From Octopus sinensis (lineage: Eukaryota), in the NCBI RefSeq assembly GCF_006345805.1, contig NW_021835996.1:1-64000 (forward strand): a stretch of DNA of 64,000 nucleotides. Direction: 5' to 3'. Positions 11,916 through 23,446 of the stretch are shown in pieces. The notes beneath the pieces are model-generated. The model had not been told where the DNA came from and searched no databases. It worked only from the letters and a program-made list of their open reading frames with translations. Each line of letters starts with the position of its first letter. Positions within the stretch are counted from its first letter, which is position 1. Made by a program: the position numbers and the translations under genes.

Positions 11916-12509
11916 CACGTTCACGAGAGCCATAATATTTCAAATTCCTCATGTGCCGCAAAAGATATTAGAGAACTAGTTAGGTTGCTCCAAGCTCCTT
12001 GTTCTTAGCTAGGTTCCTCGGAGAGTCCAGATCGTCACCAGATGTCACTGTTTTCTTCAAGCTTTTTAGGTCATTTTGTAAAACGATTGGTAGGGTAGTT
12101 CTTGGTCTTCTACGAAAGCGTTTGATATTAAAGGAAGAGTAGTAATCTTCAATTGCGATATTCGGGAAGGATGTCGGGTTTAATTTCAGGAAGTGTCAAA
12201 ACAGTCTCTTAAAAGAGATAATAATCTCATGGCTTAAAGGCGTACAGTCACACTTATTGTACAGTCCACTCCGTGCGATCCTGGATGACCAGGACATTTC
12301 AGTTACAGTAAACCAAAATAAAAAACGAACACTACATTTTTCCTAAAATTTCCAAGAAACCAATAAAAAAAAAATCTAAATAGAATTTTAACAATATATA
12401 AACAATGACCAATATTTTTATTTTTGCAAAAAAAAAATATTTACTGACTTTTTACGGCAAAAGTATAATCTGAACCAAAATAAAAAACGAACAAAATTTT
12501 ATTTACAAA

Positions 12510-13526
12510 TTAAAATTTAGTATGCCCACCACGTGTCGCAATTACAGACAATATTCGTTCACTCATAGTTCCTACCAATGATTTTGCATAATCCGCTCCT
12601 ATCTCATTCCAAATTTTTTGTAATTCTTCAAAAAGTTCCTCTTTTTTGGAATACGATTTCCCCCTTATTTTTGCCTTCATATAGCTCCATATGTGTTCAA
12701 TGGGGTTAAGATCCGGGCTTTGCGCTGGCCAAGGTAGCAATTCGATATTATTTGTCTCAAAGAATCTTTTTGCAAGCACACATGTGTGTTTTGGGTCGTT
12801 GTCCTGTTGAAAAATTGGATCAATAATCCTATTTTTTTCCAGAAATGGCAACAAATTGTTTGCCAAAATGTTAACATACAATGATCCATTCATTATTTTT
12901 TTTATCCAAACCAAATTGCTAAAATATTCAGACGTAAATGCACCCCATATCATCACACTTCCTTTTCCAAATTTTACGGTTTCAGTAATATTACGTGAAA
13001 CAAACTTTTCGGATTGTTGTCTCCATACAAATCTTCGTCCGTCGTTGTTTACTAAGTTGAATTTGCATTCGTCGCTGAATATAACGTGATTCCAATAAGT
13101 AGATGGTAGCATATTCCATCTTTGACAGATTTCCATTCTTCGTTTTTTGTGTTTTTTAGTAAGATGTGGTCTTTTAGTAGGCGGAAATGCTTTGAAACCT
13201 CTTTGTTTTAGTGTATTTCTGATTGTTTCAGGTGTTACATTTTTCCCAGTTTCTTCTTTTAGTGCCTTCGCATATTTTACGCAATTAAAATTTGGATCTT
13301 CAATCCTTGCCTTATTGATTTTTTTAAAATCTTCTTCATTTAGGAGCCGGGGACGACCAGAACCATATTTTCTTGTGCATGGAATATTTTGTTTATATTT
13401 TCGAATTGTTTTCGATATGGTATCAAGTGATCTTTTAGTTATACGTTGTATTTCGCGATACGTCTTTCCGCATTTGTAAATACCGATAATTGTTCCCTTT
13501 TCTTCGAAACTCAATTGTCTGACCAT
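12510..13526 (-). CDS. Tc1 DD34E transposase, 338 aa, intact and intronless
   Basis: GRPR, WNHVIFSDECKFNL, FQQDNDPKHT and WPAQSPDLNPIEHIW. There are 34 residues between the second D and the E. Confidence 0.95.
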   Translation of the reverse strand: MVRQLSFEEKGTIIGIYKCGKTYREIQRITKRSLDTISKTIRKYKQNIPCTRKYGSGRPRLLNEEDFKKINKARIEDPNFNCVKYAKALKEETGKNVTPETIRNTLKQRGFKAFPPTKRPHLTKKHKKRRMEICQRWNMLPSTYWNHVIFSDECKFNLVNNDGRRFVWRQQSEKFVSRNITETVKFGKGSVMIWGAFTSEYFSNLVWIKKIMNGSLYVNILANNLLPFLEKNRIIDPIFQQDNDPKHTCVLAKRFFETNNIELLPWPAQSPDLNPIEHIWSYMKAKIRGKSYSKKEELFEELQKIWNEIGADYAKSLVGTMSERILSVIATRGGHTKF

Positions 13527-13727
13527 AATTATAGCGTGTAAGTTATTATAGCGTGCAAAATATTAATAATTTTTTAAAAAAAATCATATATTTAATAACA
13601 TTTACAAATAAAAAATTTTGTTCGTTTTTTATTTTGGTTTAGATTATACTTTTGCTTTAAAAAGGCGGTAAATATTTTTTTTTTTGCAAAAATAAAAATA
13701 TTGGTCATTGTTTATATATTGTTAAAA

Positions 13728-15037
13728 GAATAGAATAGAATAGAATAGTGTTTATTGAGCGAAAAGAAAAAGAAAAACAAGGAAGAAAAACATCGGCGGG
13801 GAGATAAAAACAAGGCACCGAAGTGTCTCTTTCCATGCGTATCCCCAATACTAGTCATGTTTGACGACAATTCTCCAAGACCATCCGGATCGTGGGCACA
13901 GAGGATTCTTGTGAGTCTTTAGCCTTCCGTCAAGTTGTACTCCGTAAGCCAATTTCATAGCGAAACGTCTTGTCTTTTCCAACTGTTCGATCAGGTAGTC
14001 ACTCTCCTCCGTACCGTACCAGCCCTCGTAGCCATATGTGAGGACTGGCTGCACACACGTTTTGTATACGTAGATGTACGTTTCCGGATCCAGATGGAAC
14101 CTGGTTAAGCTTTTGAGGATCCTCACACTCCTCTTTCTCTGATTTGCTATATGCTCTACGTACGAGCCACGACAGTTAATGGTTGCTCCCAGGTAAGAAA
14201 GATTTTTTCTTTTCGAGAGATCCATCACATAGCTACTCATCGCATATGCACAAGACTCCGCATAGCGACTCCCTCTCCGCAACCATGAAATGGTGCTCTT
14301 CTCCGGTGCTAGGGTCAAACCCTTCTCTATAGTCCACATCTTTAGCGTTGCAATGTATGATTTCAGTCGTCTCCAGGACTGCGATATCCTTTTCGAGGTA
14401 TCCATGACCAGGATATCGTCAGCATAGATAACGAGCTTGCCAGTACGTGTCGACGGCAGAGGAATGTCCGCCAAGAAGAGGTTGAACAGAAGTGGACTCA
14501 AGATAGATCCCTGCGGGACTCCCCTTCTAAGTTCCACACACCCCGATAGGCGGTTTCCACAGCGGACAAATGATTGTCTTCCTGACAAGAAGCTCTCCAG
14601 CCATCGATAGGTCTTTATCCCGGCTCCGATGTCATGGATTCTGGAGAGTAGGCCCAGGTGCCACACGCTATCGAAGGCTTTGGCCAGATCCAGACACACC
14701 ACAGTTAGCCATGCTTCATTTCTGTCAGCACGGGATAATTGGTGCTCTAACTCCCTGAGGCAGTCCCCTGTGGATCTTCCTCCACGAAATCCCCATTGTT
14801 CAGGTAAAAGCAAATTTTGTGATTCTATATGACCAGAGAGTCTGTTAAAGACAATCTTTTCCATTGTCTTAGAGAAAGCACAAATGAGGCTAATTGGCCG
14901 GTAGTTCTGTGCCAGCAGTGTCGATTTACCAGATTTTGGAATCATTCGAACAATCGTATGCTTCCACGCCGATGGAAGGTGTCCGAACGTCCAGCTGGCG
15001 TGAAACAACATAGTCAATGCTCGTATCAAGATGCTCG
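13728..15037 (-). mobile_element. 5'-truncated Jockey/I-group LINE with an open 392-codon RT frame and (TTCTA)n tail
   Basis: YRPISL, DLAKAFDSVWH, GVPQGSILSPLLF and IYADD. 13-bp TSD TATATTGTTAAAA at 13715-13727 and 15038-15050. Confidence 0.9.
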
Positions 15038-15375
15038 TATATTGTTAAAATTCTATTTAGATATTTTTTTAATTGGTTTCTAGGAAATTTTAGGAAAAAT
15101 GTAGTGTTCGTTTTTTATTTTGGTTTACTGTATGTTTCTTAGATAATTCCTGTGGAACGGGTCTGAAACGGAACGGGCCTTTCGAGGGATAGAGTTGAGT
15201 TAGTTGAGAACATTTTCATTTAGCAGTGGTGGGCGATTTTTGCAAAAAAGGGGTCCGGGCTATATTTTTGTGATTCTAAGTTTATCATATTTACCATGGC
15301 ATCTGTTATTTTTTTTAGTTTTTTACATGTTGTTTTTACTTCAAAAATTGTAATTGATCTTTTAAGGGTCTAGGC

Positions 15376-16759
15376 CAGGGGTTCTCAACCTTTTAGCTCA
15401 AGGGCCAAATCGATAATTAAGATTAGCTTCGCGGGCCGCACAAAAAATATTTATATATTTTTATATTTTCCAAGCCGGTAACTCGCTTGCAATCCGAAGT
15501 GCAGCCACTGCTGATGGTAATGAGTTTTTGGACTCTGTTTTTTCTTTTTTTAATTTCCATTTCCTTTATAAAGAATTACAAGCTAAAAAATCTAAAAAAG
15601 GCGTTGTAACTAAAAAGAAAGTATTATTTGTTTATTAAGTTTTTGAAATCCGGAATAAGTAAAGTCGAAGAAGTTCGTAAAAGCTGACTCGAGTGATTAT
15701 CCGTGAGATTGTACGATATTTATTTTTTATGCGAATCATTTTCCTAAATATTGATTCGCATAAAAAGTAGATCCAAACATTGATATATTCATATATGCAT
15801 TGTGTGTTATATTTTTGAATTTGTCTTGAGGAATTAATTCGTAAAAATTAATAATGGACGCTTTTTTGAACAATGCCGCCAGTTCTATATCATGTTGTAA
15901 ATTAATGAGTTCTAGTTGAAACTTTGCAGGCGCATCCTTAATTTCCACGCTGAATGGAGTTGCGAATATTTTCATTAAAGGAAGGAATTTTTTAAAATTC
16001 TAAAAATTAAATTTATATAAATGTACCCCAAAACGTGCTTCAAATTGATTAATTAAATCACCAATTATGGATATGTATTTTCATAAGCAGCGCCTTCGTT
16101 GTTTTCAGATAGTGAATAAAAATGAGATGTATCTCCCTCTTTAAGGGAAGTCATCCATAAATATAATTTTTCGATAAACAAAGAAATATATCCATATACC
16201 TGATAACAGAGTTTGCCTTTTCCTTGTAATTCAACATTGAGATCCGACAAATGCGTGGTTAAATCAACATAAAAAGCCAAATCGGCAATCCATCTTTCAT
16301 CGTAAAGTTCATCGAAAATTACTCTGTCTTTGGTAAACTCCTTAATTTCTGGAAGCAATTTATAGAACCTTTAATAAAATATTAAGGCATTTCGAACGAC
16401 TTAACCACCTCACTTCAGTATGAAAAATAACATCTCCATACTCAGCATCAACTTCTTCCAAAAAAGATTTAAAATATCGGTGATTGAGCGCTTTTGAGCG
16501 TATCCAATAAACGATATTAACGACTTTTTTGGAAACATGTTCCATTTTAATGGACTTGGCGATAAGATTTTCTGGTGAATTATGCAGTGATGCCATATTA
16601 ATTGATCGAAACTATTTTCGGTTATATCTTTGGAACAATCAATAAATAATTAAATTTTAACATTATTAAAAAATTAAAAAAGTTAGTTACTCTAGAGGGG
16701 CCGCAAAAAAAATCCTGCGGGCCGCATGCGGCCCCGGGGGCCGCATTTGAGAACCGCTG
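15376..16759 (-). mobile_element. Internally deleted Buster-type hAT, relative of the 7670 element
   Basis: TIRs CAGGGGTTCTCAA and CAGCGGTTCTCAA. Perfect TSD GTCTAGGC at 15368-15375 and 16760-16767. Transposase pieces EVRWLSRSKCL and WIADLAF. Confidence 0.92.
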
Positions 16760-17556
16760 GTCTAGGCTTTCCATTGAATGGGAGGATTGCTCTAATCACA
16801 TTGAAAAGTTTTTCAAAATGTGTTGCGATTACCTCCGTATACTATTTATTTATTAGGTAATGCCTTGCCACTTTTGTCCTTGATTCGTTTTTTCCGGATG
16901 GCGTGTCGTAGTAAACGAGCGGCCATATACATCTGTGAATTATCTTTTAGTTTGGATACTTCATTGATTTTGCCAAGCAGGCCTTCTTGGTGGAGTCTCT
17001 TGTTCAGTCTCCTGATTTTTCTACGGATTTAGTCCCTCTACCCCTGAAGAACTTCCCTCTTCCCTCTAAACCGATTCCTCTTGGGACCGACAGAATTTTC
17101 CGGTATAGATGGGAGGCCTGTATATTAAATTTGACAAAAAAAGTAAAACAGCAAAATTAATACAAATCTGTCAATAAGGATTCCCTCGTATTTAGCTTCA
17201 ATTTAGACATTGGTTTATTGTTCAGATAGATCTGTCTGTTGATGGGATCGAGTAATGCAGAGTCTTGACTGCAAGAAAAGTAGCAAATTTGGTCTAGCAT
17301 TTGTTTAACATTTGTGGATGTTAATTTCTCGAGATGTTTTGGCTTTGTTTGCTTATCAGAATCTGAGTCACTGTCATCATATTCACAACTTGAGACTGTT
17401 TGATATTGCTCATCTAGGATGATTCCCAATCTTTGAAATTTTCAGTGGATGGTTCCGAATCTAAGTTGACAAATTTTTCTTCTGTCATTTAATTATTGAC
17501 TAGTCTATTCATAAGGGGTATGAACAGTATATTGTTTGTAGGATTTTAGTTTATAT

Positions 17557-18352
17557 CAGGATTGTTTGATTTAAATCATTTGATATTAATCAAAAAAATC
17601 AATGATTTAAATCATTAAAAAATCAAAAAAATCATTTTAAATTGTATAAATTGATTAAACTTCGATAAACATATTATTCCTGAACGTTGATTAAGAATTC
17701 GAGACAAGGAAGAGATAAAAGGAGACGCACTGACACGGGATCACTTAATTAGACGATTACTATTCCTCTTTCCTGTGTTCCGGGCCGAAAGTTTAAGGTG
17801 GTTTAATCAGCGAATTACCCTTGAAAATGAGGGACCAATCATTAATCAATTTCGTTACTACGATGATGTTATCGAAAAAAATTTGATAGATATGTAATTC
17901 TCTAGACGCGTATATTCCACTAACACTCCTTTTTCTGCTGTTGAACATCCCGAATTTGTTCAAATGTTTCTTCTCTGAGTATCGTTTAGCTTATCGTCAT
18001 CAAATTGGTGGTCCATTGCTCGATTGAGTGTACGAACAACTACATGAGGACTGTCGACAAAGACTCAAGGACAAAACAGTGTCTATGATGCTAGATGGGT
18101 GGAGTAACATTCATAATGAACCTGTTGTTTGTGTTTCGGTTGAACATCGGGTGGAGAAAGCTGTCTAATTGACACTGTGGACACCTTTGGACACAGACAC
18201 ACTGCGTAGTATCTTCAAATTTGTTGCATTAGATTCTGCCAAATCTGCCGAGGAACGGTTTGGTTGTAAAATTGGTAGTCTTGTGACGGATCTGATTTAA
18301 ATCAAAAAAATCTGATTATTTTAAATAAAAATCATAATTTTTAACAACCCTG
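17557..18352 (+). mobile_element. Internally deleted hAT (DUF659-type) remnant
   Basis: Ends CAGGATTGTT and CAGGGTTGTT, GATTTAAATC subterminal repeats, and coding remnant VSMMLDGWSNIHNEPVVCVSV...GSLVTD. The putative TSD matches 6 of 8 bases. Confidence 0.65.
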
Positions 18353-18629
18353 GTTAATTTCACGTCCATTCAAGCTGTGCTAATGCACCGGATAGCATCC
18401 AAGAGATAAATTTTTAGATGCTATCGAGTCATTTATTTTTTTAAATAATCGATTATTTAATGAATAAGAGAAATCGTCAAAAAAAATCTAGCTATCATTT
18501 ATTATTTGAATTTTCTTCTTAAGGGCAATTTGCAACGTAATAGTTTTCTTTGCGGAGCTATCATCTTTTAGTTTTTAATTTTTTGTCGAGTTGTTAGCAA
18601 TTCAAGGTTAAAGGCGATTAATTAGATTA

Positions 18630-19060
18630 AAGATTGATGTCAGAAGGCCGGTTTATGATAAATGAAAATTCAAGTCGGGACCAGAAAATATGGCCGGTAT
18701 TCGGAATAGAGGAGATCCGGTATATCGAATATGAAATAGCAGTGATGGTCTATGAGGTGAATCGGGACCAGAAGTTTAGTCCGATTTTAAGGGAATTGCA
18801 GGATACCGAGGAGTCGGTTTAGAGGGGTTTTACTGTATTTTCTACGATCCCACGAAATACCTACTGTTAGGTCCTTCAGATGCGAGCAAATGTATTTTTT
18901 GTAATTTTTGACTGTATCTGGATGATGAGAGATTAGTTTTTCACGTTGCATATCCATTTCTTGTGTTCTCAATAATGTTTTTTGTAATGTTGTTATTTTT
19001 CTTATGTTTGATACCATGTTTCACCAGGTTCAAAACCAGGCTGAAGGTGACAATAATCAT
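18630..19060 (-). mobile_element. LINE-derived fragment, near-identical to 39453-39809
   Basis: Direct sequence match of 18703-19060 to 39453-39809. The latter adjoins an APE C-terminus (NQIDIII...SDQRMIIVTF). Confidence 0.7.
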
Positions 19061-20807
19061 CTCTGGTGTTATATACAGTGTCCCCTCTCCTGACACCCCC
19101 CTGGTATATCCTCACATATGTCAGTTGTCCGTACCGACCCGCCTGGAGTTAAAAACATGGAAACCTCCAGTTTGAAGCCCATTCCGACAAACAAATTTTC
19201 GTTATTTCGAGACGAATTTAACAAAAAACTTGTCGCGATGTCTGATTATGATCGTCGAAAAGCATAATTTTTGATTTGTGAGGGGTCTGGAAGGTATTCG
19301 ATGATAGCATCGAGGACTTCTTGTACGCCGTTATTCCGAAGAGCAGTGCCAAATAACACAGGTACCATCTGTCGGGAAATACAACTTGGGAATACTCGCC
19401 TGGAATTGCCCTTCTTGTGACCTTGATGCTGTAGAAATGAGCTATCAGCACAAATACAACCCACACTGTCCTTCAAAATAAACACTCTCTTGCTTCACAA
19501 GATCTATGACTCCAACATGAGCATGTTCTACCCCCATTGGAATTTGCAAAGGAATAACTGGTAATTTTAATTTATTTCTAAATTAATAATATTAATTAAT
19601 TTATAATTAATTATTATAATAAATACTTTTTTACAAAAAAGAAAACAAATTAAGTTATAATAAATCAGCGGTTCTCAACCGTGGTCCCCAGAAATTTTTA
19701 GTGGTCCCCAGGAATTTTCGAAAAATAAAAATATATTAAAGTTAAAACTAATTGTACAATTAAGTATAAATCAAAAACATTGAAATTAATCAAGCGGTTC
19801 TCAATCGTGGTCCCCAGAAAATTTTTAGTGGTCCCCAGGAATTTTCGAAAATAACAATATATTAAATTTAAAACTAATTGTACAATTAAGTATAAATCAA
19901 AAACATTGAAATTAATCTGATTTGATTAGCGTGGTTTATCATTCTAGTTATGGTTAACAAGAATCGTCGTCTTTGGTCGGATTCTTACGTACAATTGGAT
20001 TCACTAAATTCATTGCCCCAAATAATGAAATAAAGAAAAGGAATAACATCAATGTTCCCAATGCTTGAATATCATCTCGGACACAACCCACCGGATAATG
20101 TTCTTCTAAGTCTGATAATCAAACATCTGGAAAATCTCAAGACAAAATTTGATGATTATTTTCCTGTTGAAGACCAATTCCAAACTGGATCGTTCAACCT
20201 TTCTTGACCTCATTTAAAGAATATCAGGAACTCAATTTTCAGCAGAGCTTGATTGAACTTCAATGTAATCAGTCTGCTCAGATTATTTTCAAATGTACTT
20301 CATTATTAGATTTTTGGTATTCTCATTAATAATTACTTTTTATTGTTAGGTGTCAGATGGCGAAAGAATTCCCCATTTTGAGTAAAACTGCATTGGAATC
20401 AATACTTGCATTCCCCACTACTTATCACTGTGAAAATGTCACTTTTCTAAAAACAAAATATAGAATAGACTACGGGTACAAGATGATATGCGAGTAGCTT
20501 TGTCGAACATAGAGCCTGATATAAGTAAAATTATTCTGAGCAAACAAGATCAGAAATCTCACTAAATTACTATTAAATTTTCTGTTATTTTCATAATGTT
20601 CATGTTATTTTTATAATAAATATTCGAACATGTCTAAACCTGGCCCTGACGAGGCCAAAAATTGTGCGCTAATACCAAAAAATGTTTATTTTATTTAAGG
20701 TGGTCCCCACAAAATTTTATAGTGCAAAAGTGGTCCCCAGTCTAAAAAAGGTTGAGAACCGCTGTAATAAATGTTGTTTAAACCTCAAGTCTTGTATTGT
20801 CCTCGTT
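19058..20807 (-). pseudogene. Partial genomic duplicate of GFM1 (source 47001-47805, lacking 47329-47531), interrupted by a hAT
   Basis: About 9 substitutions in the first 330 bp by my count. Introns are retained. The match resumes after the hAT TSD at 20773-20807. Confidence 0.92.
19666..20764 (+). mobile_element. Non-autonomous Buster-type hAT, 1099 bp, with a duplicated left end
   Basis: TIR CAGCGGTTCTCAACC at both ends. Perfect TSD TAATAAAT at 19658-19665 and 20765-20772. Dimerisation-domain remnant DFW|CQMAKEFPILSKTALESILAFPTTYHCE. Confidence 0.93.
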
Positions 20808-20903
20808 TTCCATTTTCCATTATTTTAAATATATTATTATTTAACTTTAAAAAGTTTATATAAATAAATAATTGTTCGTTATATTTTCGATTCATTTTGA
20901 ATT

Positions 20904-22539
20904 ATGTCTACATTTTCACTTTTTTTCTCATTACTTGTACTGAACGAGGTTTTAGGGTACACCGTTTCATCTTAGATTACCAATAATACAATTGTTGGTT
21001 ATGCTGAACCATTCATTACAGAAATGATCATCGTATTCCTAAAATTTAATTTATGTGAATTAGTTTTTGGGTTATCAGGAACCACAAAAAGGTTATTATG
21101 TTGGGATTGTTCAGTCTTGTTTTTATATTGGACGAATTTTCGGCTGGTTGGTTGTTTGGGTCTTTAAATACCAAGTCTCGTGATTGGAAGAATTGCCGAC
21201 AAAATTAGCAAATATACTTTGCTGATTATTTGTTTTGGTCTTTCTGGCATTTTTGTATTTACTTTTGGTTTTACATTGAATATATCTTTGTGATAATTTT
21301 CCGTTTATTGATCGGGATGGTTTCTGGTATTCGAACATTCGTAAAGTGTAGGAATTTCTATAATTGATAAAGCATTGATTCACGACACATGCGATGAGGA
21401 GACTCAGGGTAAAGGAATGATGTTTTATGGGATTGGAGTCAGCATGGGAATTTTGATTGCTCCTTTGATTGGGGGTGTTTTATATTTTAAGGATATTTAC
21501 AAAATCTTGCCCATTTATATCCCTCTGTTCGATTTTTGTCAGTGCCTTTTTAAAAAAGTTCCCTATTTTTTTACTTCAATATGCGTGGTGCCTTGATTAT
21601 CTTTAAGATTATTCTTACTTTTATAACTCAAAAGTCATTTAAAAAGTATTAACAACATTTAATGAATGTAGAAAAGCGTTTCGCTCAGACCACGTGAACC
21701 TTAATCAAGAAGAACACCCCAAGAGAATCGAGTTTCAAAGTCTCATAAGGACAGTCAAGTGACCAATATCTTTTCATAAAAGTAGAGCCAAGAAAACGGC
21801 AATTTCACTCGGAATTTCGGTTCTCTACTCTTTTGTTACAATTGGAATAGACGAGCTTTATATTTTATTTTGTTCTCTACTAGCAAAAGCCACGTTCGGG
21901 AGTCTTTGATATTTCTAGGGGGGTTGGAGTATAGCATAGCAGTAAGGAAATTGGTTTATTTTTAATTTTTCTGCTCTTCCCACTGTTTATAATTCATCCT
22001 TTTCTATTCACTCGAATGCTGGACAAAATCGGAATTATTAACGTTTACATTAACTTAATAATTTCTAGTCCATTAAATTATGCCATTTGGGTTTGCTTCC
22101 AATCATGTTGGTAATTCCGTTTACTTATGTCCTCAGTGAAAAAGGGTTAATGTTTTGTTTTAAAAATGTAGACTTTATGTCGAGGTGAATGCTTTACTTT
22201 ACATTTTGGTTATTTTCAGCAGAATATTGGCAAATTTTAATAGTGGCACGGTGGCTCTTTTGCTCAACAATTCCATAAAAATAGAGGACGCCGGGACAGT
22301 AAACGGAATATGCCTGTCCTTATCCTGCATTTTTCGGTTTACTTATATAGAATTGGCATTTTAGAGCTTTGGCTCCTTTAACGTTCAATAGTATTTATAC
22401 TGCTGCGATTTCAGTGGATACAAGTGTCGGGAAAGTGTTTGCACCATTAATTGGATTCTACTCAATTGCAATTATGGTCATTTTAATTGTTGTGCTGTGT
22501 TCCTATATTCCTCGTAGCCTTAATTCGAGGATTTGTTGA
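20904..22539 (+). CDS. MFS transporter (ZIFL1/YCR023C-like), with micro-introns and apparent frameshifts
   Basis: KGYYVGIVQSCFYIGRIFG, GRIADKISK, KALIHDTCDEETQGKG...IAPLIGG and LLLNNSI..GTVNGI...RALAP. A 1-nt frameshift lies near 21290. Confidence 0.7.
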
Positions 22540-22807
22540 CTATAATTTTACTAACAGTATAGCTATTCTAAATATTTGTTACTTAAGAATGCTTCCTTAT
22601 ATAAATTTATTATTTTTTTGAATAAAAACCACGTAGGTATCTTTTTAAATATCCTTTTTTAAATATACGATCGATTGATTCAGATGCTGTTTGAAAGTCT
22701 TATTTTTATTTTTCCGGGTTCCTTTCATTGTAAAATTTGTCATTTATTTGATCCCTTTACATCACTTCACAGCCCTCCTTCACAGCCCTCTATTTTTAGA
22801 CAACGAC

Positions 22808-23335
22808 TATTATTATTATTAAGCCAAACAAAATCACCATCTTAACCATTAACTAACACGTTCAGATGATTCCGACACTTCTCAACAGTCGAGCCATCTT
22901 TTCACGATGTTCCGACCGTGACCCCACACACTTTCTGTATGTACGGTGAATGGTTTGTGGTCCATTTTACGATCGCCCCATTTGCCTCTACGAGAGACTC
23001 CAGTGTTCTATGGACAATTTCCCTATCGGTATGGTCCTTCAGTAGGTTGATAGATCTTTCTTGAATTTTTTCGATTTTTAGCCGGTTCGTTGCCGCCAGG
23101 TTACAGCCCCAAGCAGCACATGCATAGCCTATTGTTGGCTCGATATACTGCTTGTAAAGGGTCTCTACCCCTGGCGGATAAGTTCTCCCACAGTTCCAAA
23201 GGAAGGCTTTTACAAAATTGATCTTCTTTATACAGGTTGATACGATCGATTCTACGTGAGGTGAAAAACAGAGGAAAGTATCAAACGTTACTCCCAATAT
23301 TCGATTGAATATAAGGCTGGAAAAAACAAACACTA
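22808..23335 (-). mobile_element. Jockey/I-group LINE 3' fragment with (TAA)n tail
   Basis: LGVTFD...LYKQYIEPTIGYACAAW...EKIQ. A TAA repeat lies at about 22808-22822. Confidence 0.75.
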
Positions 23336-23446
23336 TTGTTTAATTTAAATAGAGATTCTTTAAATAACATAGAATTTAAATAATAATTAAAAAATAAATA
23401 TTTAACTTGCCACAACTTATTGACGTTGTTGAGTTTTTAAAAAATA

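Larger units (their letters stand above)
12306..15130 (-). mobile_element. Tc1 element with long (about 200 bp) IR/DR-type TIRs and TA TSD; a LINE is inserted in one TIR
   Basis: TA-CAGTAAACCAAAATAAAAAACGAAC at 12306 and its reverse complement ending at 15130-TA. The core ACCAAAATAAAAAACGAACA is repeated at the inner edge of each TIR. Confidence 0.95.
11915..17010 (-). mobile_element. Fragmented RTE-like LINE that hosts the Tc1 and hAT insertions (pieces at about 16768-17010, 15131-15375 and 11915-12305)
   Basis: The frame joins across the Tc1 TA site (DPFHRNYLRNI|TEMSWSSRI...FRRRPRTTLP). The 3' end TTATGGCTCTCGTGAA is identical to the LINE end near 53945. Confidence 0.7.

Noticed and set aside
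17061-17080. 19-bp near-identity, in inverted orientation, with about 18807-18826
   Set aside because: Too short, with no extension on either side. It may be chance or shared TE ancestry.
17157-17480. Acidic 90-aa ORF as a host gene exon
   Set aside because: No recognisable motif, an apparent upstream frameshift, and a position between TE remnants. It remains unclassified.
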